Shown in pieces: positions 54,656-64,000 of a stretch of DNA of 64,000 nucleotides (its first letter is position 1; each line of letters begins with the position of its first letter). Where the stretch lies: assembly GCA_963827655.1 (NCBI GenBank), contig CAWHCF010000020.1, forward strand, positions 1 through 64,000. The letters are read 5' to 3'. Both the position numbers and the translations under genes were made by a program. The notes beneath the pieces are model-generated. The model did not search any database, was not told where the DNA came from, and saw nothing but the letters and a program-made list of their open reading frames with translations. Origin of the DNA: an uncultured Acidobacteriota bacterium (GTDB lineage Bacteria; Acidobacteriota; UBA6911).

Positions 54656-55804
54656 ATGAAACGCAGAACCTTCATGCAAATTCTCGCCACTTCGCCGCTG
54701 GCTTCATCCATCGGCAGCAGGCAAGCTGACGCCAGCGATATTCCTAAATACCTCATTGCCAGCGAGTACAAGCCTGCCGCCGAGCCCGGGATGCCGGGTC
54801 CCTATCGCGGGCAGGTCGTCTCCGTCAAGTCGGACAAGTGTCTCGGTGATAAAGGCGAGTCGATCAACGCCGAGGTTGTGCGCGAGATGATGGAACGTGG
54901 AATGCGCTCCTTGACCGGCGAGGCCAAGACACAGGACGCCTGGCGGCGTTTTTTCACGCCTGCGGATGTCGTCGGCATCAAGGTCAATTGCGGCGGACGC
55001 CCCTGGGTGGTCTCGTCGCACCCGATCGTGGCCGAAGTCGTGCGCAACCTGCTGGCCGTGGGGCTGAAACCGTCTCAGGTCTACGTCTACGAAAGGTTTC
55101 AGAACCAGCTTGATACGGTCAACTACGCGCCCCACCTTCCGGAAGGGGTGACCCTTTTTGCCGCCGAAAGAGGGAACCGTGGCGTCGATAACCAGAACTA
55201 CGATCCGCTGACTTACGTCGAGGCCGACTTCTTCGGCGAAGACGACACGCGCTCGAACATGATCCGGCTGATTTCGCAGCGGTTCACCAAAATCATCAAC
55301 ATCCCTAACATGAAGGATCACGGCGCCACGGGTGCGACGGGCTGTTTGAAGAACATCGCCTACGGCAGCTTTTCCAATGTCGCCCGCACACATTTCAAGG
55401 GCGTGTCGCACACCCTTTCATTCGTTGGAACGCTGGCCGGCGTGGAGCCGCTGCGATCGCGCACGGTGCTGCAGATCATGGACGGGCTGCGCGGCGTCTG
55501 GCACGGCGGGCCCTTCGCCCCGACGCTCAAGTACGTCTTTTTTCCCAAAACGATCATGTTCGGCACCGACCCGGTGGCGATAGACCGTCTGCTGCTTGAC
55601 ATCATCGACGACGAGCGCAAGCGGCACGGCGCGATCTCCATCTGGGATCGTTCCCCGCAGTCCTTGAACAACAGCCGCGCGCGCGATGCCGATCCCAACG
55701 TCAACATCCTGATCCGCGAGCCGGGGCACGTCGAGTATGCGGCCGGGCTTGGCCTGGGCATCGCCGACCTTAAGCAGATCAAGGTACGGGAGCTGGAAGT
55801 ATGA
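54656..55804 (+). CDS. DUF362 family Tat-exported protein
   Basis: KRRTFM signal; VGIKVNC, NIPNMKDH...CLKN and DPVAID motifs. Confidence 0.85.
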   Translation: MKRRTFMQILATSPLASSIGSRQADASDIPKYLIASEYKPAAEPGMPGPYRGQVVSVKSDKCLGDKGESINAEVVREMMERGMRSLTGEAKTQDAWRRFFTPADVVGIKVNCGGRPWVVSSHPIVAEVVRNLLAVGLKPSQVYVYERFQNQLDTVNYAPHLPEGVTLFAAERGNRGVDNQNYDPLTYVEADFFGEDDTRSNMIRLISQRFTKIINIPNMKDHGATGATGCLKNIAYGSFSNVARTHFKGVSHTLSFVGTLAGVEPLRSRTVLQIMDGLRGVWHGGPFAPTLKYVFFPKTIMFGTDPVAIDRLLLDIIDDERKRHGAISIWDRSPQSLNNSRARDADPNVNILIREPGHVEYAAGLGLGIADLKQIKVRELEV

Positions 55805-56736
55805 GGCTGTTTTTACTGCTGCTGAACCTGCCTCTGATCCTCTGGCAACAGGGCATCCAGACGGCGCCGGCATTGAAACAGGCAGGCCTCGAGCAGATAG
55901 CCGTGCCCCCGGAGCAAGCCGACGCCTGGCAAAAAGCCGGGTTCAAACCGGTGGCGATAGGCTCGGACGAGCTTGAGCGCCGCCAGCAGCTGCTGGCGCC
56001 TCGAGTGGCCGGGCGCACCAACGTTGCGTCGGCCACCCGCCGCCCCTGGATTGACGCCAACGGCTGGCGCTTTACGCGCAATCCGGCAGGCAAATTCTAT
56101 TATGATCTGCCGGCGGGAAGGGCGGCGCTCGCCGCCGCCGAAGCCTTCGCCTACAATGCGGATGCGGTTTTGAAGATCGATCCCGCCGATCTGGAGGAGG
56201 CAGGGAAGATGCTGGCCTTCCTGCGCAGCCTGCCGCAAGACACCTGGCCTCCGATCGCGGATCTGGCCGTGGTTGACGACGGTTCGCCGGAGCTCGACGA
56301 AGTCCTGAACCTGCTTGCCCGCCGCAATCTGCTTTTCCGGATCGTTTCGGACTCCGGGTCGCAATTTCCCATCACCATCAAACTCGGCACGAAAGATTAC
56401 CCAAAGTCGGAAGCCGCCGATCCCAGCGCCTTCGCGCAGAAGATTCGCCATCAACTTGGAGACGAAAAGCGATCCCTTCGCATCTACGGGACCGAGGTGG
56501 TAATCGGCCGACTCACCGGCGACGGAAAGCGGGCGCGCGTGCATCTGCTGAATTACAGCGGCCGTGAGGCCGACGGCTTGCGCGTCCGGTTGCGCGGCAT
56601 GTATGGCAAAGGCGAAGCGAGAGTATACGGTCACGACGGCGTCACATTCGCGGATTTCGTCGCGGCCGGGGGCGCGACGGAGTTCACGCTCCCGAGGATG
56701 GGTATTTACGCGATGGCTGAATTAACGGCGAAGTGA
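55801..56736 (+). CDS. Hypothetical protein coupled to the DUF362 gene
   Basis: ATGA overlap; PWIDANGW and VHLLNY motifs. Confidence 0.75.
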   Translation: MRLFLLLLNLPLILWQQGIQTAPALKQAGLEQIAVPPEQADAWQKAGFKPVAIGSDELERRQQLLAPRVAGRTNVASATRRPWIDANGWRFTRNPAGKFYYDLPAGRAALAAAEAFAYNADAVLKIDPADLEEAGKMLAFLRSLPQDTWPPIADLAVVDDGSPELDEVLNLLARRNLLFRIVSDSGSQFPITIKLGTKDYPKSEAADPSAFAQKIRHQLGDEKRSLRIYGTEVVIGRLTGDGKRARVHLLNYSGREADGLRVRLRGMYGKGEARVYGHDGVTFADFVAAGGATEFTLPRMGIYAMAELTAK

Positions 56737-57711
56737 ATCGCCGGGCCAGCGGATCATCTTCCAGGATCTCCCGGCTTCAGGCAAAAAGAAGATCACCTCG
56801 GTGGCCGGAAACTTCTGCCACGACCTTCGGCTCCATTCGACGCCCTGCACGTAAAACACGTTATCGAGCGCGTCGCCCGCCAGGCCGCTCTCGCTGACGA
56901 CCGCTACGCTCAGGATTCCTTCGACCGGCCGGCCGCTGCGCGGATCCATCACGTGTGAATAGCGCACGCCGGCAAGCTCGAAGGACTTTTCGTAACTGCC
57001 GGAGACCGACAGTGCTCGATTCTTCAAGCGCATGGTTGCGGCGGTTTTTGCAGGCTCAATCGGGTCCTGGATTTCCACCTCCCAGCCGTCCTGGTTCGGC
57101 GGAGCCCCCATCCCGTAGATCGTGCTGCCTCCCGCGCTGATGAGCGCGCTCGCGATGCCGTGCTGCTTGAGTACCGCGGCCGCGCGGTCGACCGCGTAGC
57201 CTTTGGCGATGCCGCCCAGGTCGAGCTCAACGCCCGCGCGGTCGAAATAGATGGTTCGCTCCTTGGCATTCACGATCACGTGCTGGTGGCCGACGGCGCG
57301 TCGCGCAGCGGCCAGCTCGTCCGGCGACGGCAGGCGCCCGTCGCCGGCAAAAAATCCCCAGGCCTTCATTAACGGGCCGACCGTGATGTCGAACGCGCCT
57401 TGGGATGCGGCGCTGTAGCGCAGACATTCGACGATGAAGTCGAATAACTCCGGTTCTACCTTCACCGGCTGACTAGCCGCCGTACGATTGAGACGCGACA
57501 GCGGACTATCCGGCTTGTAATGGCTCATTAACCGGTCGATACGATCGACCTCGTCGAGGGCGGCGTTCACCGCCTGGCGCAGTTGCTGCTGATCGGCGCC
57601 ATAGACGGCTATGGTGTAGGTGCAAGCCATCGAGACGCGGCTGTCTTCGTAGCGAATAAGCTCGCTGGCTTGCGGCGAGACGGCGAGCAAGATGATCAAA
57701 ATCCGAGACAC
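56722..57711 (-). CDS. apbE: FAD:protein FMN transferase
   Basis: GAFDITVGPL, DLGGIAKGYAVD and SHVMDPRSG motifs; GTG start inferred. Confidence 0.9.
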   Translation of the reverse strand: MSRILIILLAVSPQASELIRYEDSRVSMACTYTIAVYGADQQQLRQAVNAALDEVDRIDRLMSHYKPDSPLSRLNRTAASQPVKVEPELFDFIVECLRYSAASQGAFDITVGPLMKAWGFFAGDGRLPSPDELAAARRAVGHQHVIVNAKERTIYFDRAGVELDLGGIAKGYAVDRAAAVLKQHGIASALISAGGSTIYGMGAPPNQDGWEVEIQDPIEPAKTAATMRLKNRALSVSGSYEKSFELAGVRYSHVMDPRSGRPVEGILSVAVVSESGLAGDALDNVFYVQGVEWSRRSWQKFPATEVIFFLPEAGRSWKMIRWPGDSLRR

Positions 57712-57794
57712 AGCCCGGATGATACAAGAGTTCCTGAGCGACGACAATCTGTCGTCGGATCGACCTTCGTTCGCGAAGTCCTCGTCGCGCATTC

Positions 57795-57820
57795 CTTCGA
57801 GTCTTCGTGTCTTGGCGGTA
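57795..57820 (-). repeat. REP-like repeat copy
   Basis: cttcgagtcttcgtgtcttggcggt. Confidence 0.65.
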
Positions 57821-57904
57821 TTTTTTTGAAAGATGTGTTGACGCATGGTCGGGCGAAGATTTAGCATCGCCCCCAAACCTCCCCCCCACCTTGAAGGAGG
57901 TCCT

Positions 57905-60900
57905 ATGGTTCCCCGTCTGCATATGTGGTTCGTGGTGTTGCTTTGTTCCGCCGTATCGCTTTTCGCCCAGGGCGACCGTGGTACGATCGCGGGCCTGGTA
58001 AAGGATGCGAGCGGTGCCGTTATTCCCGGGGGCACGATCGAGGCCGTGCAGCAGGGCACGAACCTCAAAGCCGAGACGGTAACGACGACCACCGGTGTGT
58101 ATCGTCTCCTCGCGCTTCCCATCGGCAGGTACACGGTGACCGCCACCGTGCCTGGCTTCCAGAGCCATGTAGTGCAGGACGTCCAGGTGCAGGTCAACCA
58201 GACCACTACCATCGACATCAGCCTGACGGTCGGCCAGGTGGCTGAGACGGTGACGATCACGGGCGCTGCTCCGCTGATTCAGACCGAGAGCGCCGACGTC
58301 GGCCTCGTGGTCGAGTCGAAGCGCTTCCTGGAACTGCCGCTCACGATGGGAGGCGGCATCCGCAACCCGTCGAGCTTCATCAAGCTCTCGCCCGGGGTAG
58401 ACCCGCGCAGCACGTGGACCAAATCGATCAGCGGCGGCGGGTCCTTCACCGACATGACCTATTACGACGGAATCGCGCTCAGCCGCGGGGATCTGTCGAA
58501 CGACGCGCGAGGTGAACCCGTCGGTCGATGCGATCGAGGAGTTCAAGCTCATCACCAACAACTACTCGGCCGAGTATGCGCACGCCCTGGGCGCCATCAC
58601 GAGCTTCACCATGAAGAGCGGCACGAACCGCCTCCATGGCGCGGGCTTCTATTTCCTGCGCAACGAAGTGCTCGATGCCCGCGGGTTCTTCAACTCGAGA
58701 AGGGCGCCGGCAAAACAGAACGAGTGGGGCGGAACGCTGGGCGGCCCCGTCTTGATTCCCAAACTCTACGACGGCCGCGACAAGACCTTCTGGTTCTTCT
58801 CCTGGGATCAGTTTTACCTGCGCGGCGGACAATTGGCAGGGCTCAACACCTTGCCGACGGCGCTCATGCAGACCGGTGACTTCAGCGAGCTGCCGCGAAC
58901 GATCTACGATCCGACGACCACGCGCCTTGACGCGAGCGGCCGCACCATCCGGGATCCGTTCGAAGGCAATCGCATCCCGCAGAACCGCTGGAGCCGCGTG
59001 GCCTCGGCCATGCTGCCATTCCATCCCAAGCCCGAGCTTCCAGGGATCGTGAACAATTCGGTGGCGCCTCTCGGCAGCCCGATGACCGACCAGCTGACGA
59101 CGGGCTTCAAGATCGACCATATCATATCGCCCTCGCACCGCATCAGCGGCGTGTTCAACATGACGCACCGGCCATCGATCAAGAGTCCCGAGCCGTCGCG
59201 GCTGCTCTCCGTCGGCGACCCGACGGCGCTGACCAATTACAATTTCCAGGTGGTCACGACGCGGGTCATCCACATCAATATCGACAGCAGCCTCAGCCCG
59301 ACGACCATCAACCACATCGGCATCGGCTACTCCCGTTTCCGCAACCCGAACTTCAGCACGTCGTTCGAAAAGGGCTGGACCCAGCCCAACGGCGGGAAAC
59401 TCGGTCTTCAGGGGCTGCAGTTCGACCTCTTTCCGACCGTCATGTTCGGAACCGAGGGGTACACGCGCTATGGCGACGACATCGCCTCGGACAACTATTT
59501 CAACACCGGGACGCTGCTCGACACCCTGACGCTCGTCCGGCGCAATCACACGTTCAAGTTCGGCGGCGAGATCCAGCACCACCAGGATAATTATCGAAAC
59601 TTCGGAAACGGGGGCGGGTCGTTCACGTTCCGGCGCGAGTCGACCGGATTGCCGGGCGTCTCGGCCTCAGGCGACGCCTGGGCGAGCTTTCTGCTGGGGG
59701 AGACCTATTCCGGAAACGCGTTCTTCCGCGCCTCGCTGCCGGGCGGACGGTATGACAATATAGGCTTCTTCTTCGACGACACCTGGAAAGTGACCCCGAA
59801 GTTCACCCTGACGATGGGGTTTCGCTGGGAGATTGTCGTGCCCCACGACGACCCGCTGGGCCGGGTCTCGTACATGGACATCAACAGCCCGAACACCGCC
59901 GCCGGGAATCTTCCCGGCGCCATGGTATATGGCGGCGAGCAAGGCTTCGGCAACCGGTTCCTGGACATCCTCTGGTGGAACCCGGCGCCGCGACTGGGCC
60001 TGGCCTATCGGATGAATGAGAAGACCGTGATCCGCGCCGGAGCGGGGATCTTCAACTCCAACTACATCAACCAGGGGCTTGGACTCCCGAGTTTCGGGTT
60101 CTCCACTACGGCCTCGTTCGCCACGGCCGATAGCGGGATTACCCCGGCCTTCAACTGGGACAACGGTTTCCCGCAGGACTTCCGCCGTCCGCCGGTCATC
60201 GACCCGGTAGCCGCCAATGGACAGAGCGTCACAACCGTCCTGCCCGCCGAGTACGACCTTCCCTACACGCCTTCAGTGGAATCTGACCGTCGAGCGCCAG
60301 TTCTCCGATGATCTCGCGCTGAGCGTCTCGTATGTCGCCAACAAGGGAACCCATCTGTACGAGAGCCAGCAGCTCAACCAGCTGCCGCGGGAGTACTGGA
60401 ACCTGCCGCTCTCACTACTGCGGGCTCAGATCAACTCGCCGGCCGCTCAGGCCGCCGGGTTCCGGGAGCCGTTCCCAGGCTTCCTCGCTCTCTGGGGCTC
60501 CCGCGGCACGGTGGCGCAGGCGCTCCGGGCCTACCCGCAGTTCAACGGCGTCGGTATCTACGGCTCAACCTATGGCAACTCGAGCTACAATTCGTTTCAG
60601 TTCAAGCTCGACAAACGGTACCAGGGCGGCCTCTCCGCGACCGCGGCTTACACCTGGTCGAAATTCCTCACCGACGCGCGGCAGTTCGACTCGCTGTCAG
60701 GAAAGCAGGATGAGATGCTGCGCGAGAAGAGCTACCACCCGCTCGACCTCACCCATATCATGACGTTCAGCGTCAATTACCAGATTCCGCTGGGCCAGGG
60801 GCACAAGTTCATGTCCGATGGCATCAAGGCCCAGATCTTCGGCGGGTGGCAGGCCGCGCTGGTCAATGCCTACAACAGCGGCAGCCGCCTCGCTGTGACG

Positions 60901-61299
60901 GTCCCGAACACGCTGCCGTACTTTAACGGCGGTCTTCGGCCCGACCTGATATCCGGCAACATCAGGAGCGACGTCTCGATGTCGGACTTCGACCCTGCGA
61001 CGAACCTCTATCTGAACCGCGGCGCCTTCGCGCTGCCGGCAGATGGAGCCCTGGGGACCGCGCCACGCTACCTGGAAGTCCGCGGACCCGCGCGCCTGGA
61101 CGAGTCTTTTGCGCTGGTGAAGAATACCAGGGTCCGGGAAGGTCTCACGTACCAGTTCCGGATGGAGATCCTGAATCCACTGAACCGTGTGGTGTTCGGC
61201 GCTCCTGTCACCGACATCACGCAGGTCAACTTCGGGCGCATCTCGAGCACGCAGATCAACCCGCGGCAGATCCAGTTCGGGATGAAGCTGATCTTTTAG
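57905..61299 (+). CDS. TonB-dependent receptor (Oar-like); two frameshifts
   Basis: RBS gaaggagg; NPSVDAIEEF and DDTWKVT motifs; C-terminal QFGMKLIF. Confidence 0.9.
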
Positions 61300-61323
61300 C
61301 ACCGAGACGCCGGAATCCCGAGA

Positions 61324-61388
61324 CTTAGTGTTTCTTCGTGTCTTCGTGAGAGGTATTTGTTTCGCAGCGCTAACCACGAAGACACGAG
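61324..61388. repeat. REP-like repeat with inverted arms
   Basis: cttagtgtttcttcgtgtcttcgtg ... aaccacgaagacacg. Confidence 0.75.
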
Positions 61389-61458
61389 ACGCCACCGCCA
61401 CAAAATACCCAGTCAGGATGTGGTGGAAAATTCACCACCAGATGGCTAATATTCTGCC

Positions 61459-62694
61459 ATGTACCGGCGGAATGTGGACGCGAGATTGCGCGCGGCGTTG
61501 GCGGATACCCCGGTCGTACTGCTCAATGGCGCCCGGCAGACAGGAAAGAGCACGCTGGCGCACCAGCTGTCGGCGGATCTGGGCGGGCTTTACGTGACGC
61601 TTGACGATGCGACAGTGCTAGCCGGCGCGGTGGCCGATCCGGTTGGGTTCTTGAATAACCTCGAAGGCTTCGTTGTGATCGACGAAGTCCAGAAGGCTCC
61701 CGGGTTGTTTCCGGCCATCAAAAAGCAGGTGGATGTAGAACGCCGCCCAGGACGCTATCTTCTCACGGGCTCGGCGAACGTATTGCTCCTGCCACGCCTG
61801 TCCGAATCGCTGGCGGGCCGAATGGAGATTGTTACTCTCTGGCCCTTGTCACAGGGAGAGCTGGCAGGTCGTCGCGAAGGTTTTATTAGTGGATTGTTCT
61901 CGAGCCGCATGTCTCACCGCGTCAGAGCGGCGCCGGAGGATCGGCAGCTTGCCGCAAAAATTGCCACCGGAGGTTATCCCGAAGCGGTTGCACGGGATGA
62001 GGAGCCACGACGACAGGCATGGTTTGGCTCATACATCACCGCCATCCTCCAGCGTGATGTGCGAGATCTAGCTAACATTGAAGGATTGACCGAGATGCCT
62101 CGTCTACTGGCGTTGCTTGCCGCGCGCACGTCCGGCCTCATGAACACGGCGGAGCTATCGCGAGCATCCACAATCCCGCAGAGCACGCTCAAGCGTTACC
62201 TGACCCTCTTTGAAACGACTTACCTGCTCCAGCCCTTGCCCGCATGGACGGCCAACATTGGTAAGCGCCTCATTAAATCTCCCAAAATTCACCTCGTCGA
62301 TTGTGGCCTGGCATCCCATCTCACCGGTCAGACCGAAAAAAGAATCGTGAACGATCCGGTGATGCTTGGTCCTTTACTGGAAAGCTTTGTGGTAATGGAG
62401 CTGCGCAAGCAAGCTAGTTGGTCGGATGTCCGGGTATCGATTCATCATTTTCGCTCCGCTGCCGGGCGCGAGGTTGACATTGTGCTCGAAGATTCAAGCG
62501 GGCAAATCGTCGGCGTCGAGGTGAAAGCTGCCGGGAGCGTCGCAAAGAAAGATTTCGCCGGCCTCGAAGCGCTGGCCGAAGCCGCGGGAAAGAAGTTCCT
62601 GCGCGGCGTCGTGCTTTACAGCGGCGATTCTGTTGTGCCTTTCGGACCAAAGTATCAAGCGCTACCCGTCGGCAGCTTGTGGCGGATGGCCTGA
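61459..62694 (+). CDS. AAA_14 ATPase with DUF4143 nuclease-like C-terminal domain
   Basis: GARQTGKST, IDEVQK, LTGSA and EVDIVLE...VEVK motifs. Confidence 0.92.
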   Translation: MYRRNVDARLRAALADTPVVLLNGARQTGKSTLAHQLSADLGGLYVTLDDATVLAGAVADPVGFLNNLEGFVVIDEVQKAPGLFPAIKKQVDVERRPGRYLLTGSANVLLLPRLSESLAGRMEIVTLWPLSQGELAGRREGFISGLFSSRMSHRVRAAPEDRQLAAKIATGGYPEAVARDEEPRRQAWFGSYITAILQRDVRDLANIEGLTEMPRLLALLAARTSGLMNTAELSRASTIPQSTLKRYLTLFETTYLLQPLPAWTANIGKRLIKSPKIHLVDCGLASHLTGQTEKRIVNDPVMLGPLLESFVVMELRKQASWSDVRVSIHHFRSAAGREVDIVLEDSSGQIVGVEVKAAGSVAKKDFAGLEALAEAAGKKFLRGVVLYSGDSVVPFGPKYQALPVGSLWRMA

Positions 62695-62711
62695 TCATTT
62701 TTCGAAAGGTA

Positions 62712-62741
62712 CTTAGCGTTTCGGTCGTGTCTTCGTGGTTA
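62712..62741 (-). repeat. REP-like repeat copy overlapping the CRTAC1 stop
   Basis: cttagcgtttcggtcgtgtcttcgtggtta. Confidence 0.65.
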
Positions 62742-64000
62742 GTGCGGCTCTCTCACCTGCAGCACCTGATTCGCAGGCACCTTCTTGAGCACCTGAACCG
62801 CGCCGCTCGGCCAGCGAATCTCGATCTCATCGACGATCTCGAGCTCCCCGAGCCCGAAATGAATCGACGCAGGGCTCGACGAGGCATAGCCCACGCTTGT
62901 GGTGGCCTGGTTATGCCGGCCGCCGATTCGGACACGCGCGCCCAGAGCCTGGCGATTGCTGCGCGTGCCTTCGAGTTGCAGGTCCAGCCAGTGGTTGCGC
63001 TCGTCGCTTTCATTCTTCCAAAGCTCTGCGGGACCTCCGAGCGCGCTCACGACCACGTCGATCCGACCGTCATTGTTGAAGTCAGCGAAGGCGGCTCCCC
63101 GGTGCGGCGCTCGTGAGCGGAGCAGTTCGTCCGTGGTCGCCTCCTCGAACGTGCCGTTTCCAGCATTCGCGAACACGCTGTTCGATTGCCGGTAGCGGTC
63201 TGTATGATCCGAGACATGGGAGTTGGCGGAGAAGATGTCTTTCCAGCCGTCATTGTTGAAGTCGTACAGCCCGACGCTCCAGCCGCTCCGTTCGAAGCTC
63301 AGTAGCCCGACACGGCTCGGATAGGTAGCGTCGCGGAAGAAGCCCTTACCCTGGTTGCGAAAGACCGGAAAAGTCTCTCCGCTCAGAGCAGTGACAATGA
63401 TGTCGGGCAGGCCATCGCCGTCGTAGTCGCGGAAGTCGGCCCCCATGCTCGAAATGGCCCGGCCATCATCGTTGACGGCGACGCCGGCCTGAAGACCGGT
63501 CTCGTCGAAGGTCCCGTCGCCGCGGTTCCGGAAGAGAAAGTTCGGCACAGTGTCATTGGTCACGAATGCGTCCATGCGACCGTCGCCGTCGTAGTCGGCA
63601 AATGCCACGCTCATCCCCTTTCCCGCGTGGGCAGCGATCCCGCTCTTCACCGAGACGTTTTCGAAGCTCCCGTCACCACGGTTGCGGTAGAGCGCATTGG
63701 GAAGGGCGTCGTACCGGTCGGGATGACAGTAGACGCGGAGTTTGCCCGCAGGGTCCAGACACAGGGGCTCGGACGCGGCCGACCACTTGACGTAGTTCAC
63801 GATGAAAAGGTCGAGGCGCCCGTCGTTATCGTAGTCGAACCACCCGGCTGCAACCGACCAGCAATCGCTCTTGATGCCCGCGCGTTCGGTGACATCCTCG
63901 AAGGTACCGTCTCCCCGGTTCCGGTAAAGGATATTCCGGTTCACTCCGGCGACGAACAGGTCCGTGAAGCCGTCGTTGTCGAAATCGGCGGCGGCCGCGC
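62739..64000 (-). CDS. CRTAC1-family FG-GAP repeat / ASPIC-UnbV protein; 5' end outside the window
   Basis: Repeated DYDNDGRLD-type motifs; HFGLG...IRWPSG. Confidence 0.92.
   Translation of the reverse strand, partial: AAAADFDNDGFTDLFVAGVNRNILYRNRGDGTFEDVTERAGIKSDCWSVAAGWFDYDNDGRLDLFIVNYVKWSAASEPLCLDPAGKLRVYCHPDRYDALPNALYRNRGDGSFENVSVKSGIAAHAGKGMSVAFADYDGDGRMDAFVTNDTVPNFLFRNRGDGTFDETGLQAGVAVNDDGRAISSMGADFRDYDGDGLPDIIVTALSGETFPVFRNQGKGFFRDATYPSRVGLLSFERSGWSVGLYDFNNDGWKDIFSANSHVSDHTDRYRQSNSVFANAGNGTFEEATTDELLRSRAPHRGAAFADFNNDGRIDVVVSALGGPAELWKNESDERNHWLDLQLEGTRSNRQALGARVRIGGRHNQATTSVGYASSSPASIHFGLGELEIVDEIEIRWPSGAVQVLKKVPANQVLQVREPH

Noticed and set aside
57712-58260. ApbE with a long N-terminal domain (512 aa)
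   Set aside because: The extension is the antisense of the TonB receptor start and crosses a REP copy.

Overview
GC-rich bacterial chromosomal window. It is most likely Acidobacteriota, based on Oar-type TonB receptors, Ser/Thr kinase-PD40 proteins, an ADOP-permease remnant, CRTAC1/FG-GAP and DUF1549/1553-DUF1501 genes. It holds a czcCBA-type metal efflux operon, two sulfatases, a three-subunit xanthine-dehydrogenase-family enzyme and a Cys-less thiolase pair/DUF35/acyl-CoA cluster. It also carries two CocE/NonD hydrolases, two TonB receptors, a STAND regulator, three toxin-antitoxin loci and several gene remnants. At least 13 genes contain 1-nt frameshifts, most likely uncorrected long-read errors. 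The most notable feature is an IS110-family element (14348-15819). Its 3' non-coding end folds into a two-loop, bridge-RNA-like structure whose predicted guides match its own insertion junctions and an intergenic REP-like repeat family found at about 11 loci in this window. Other non-coding structure includes a 231-bp MITE with a TAA duplication, a ~200-bp foldback built on GATTGAC heptamers, and a ~68-bp inverted repeat pair 3.8 kb apart. All calls come from reading the sequence; no searches were run.
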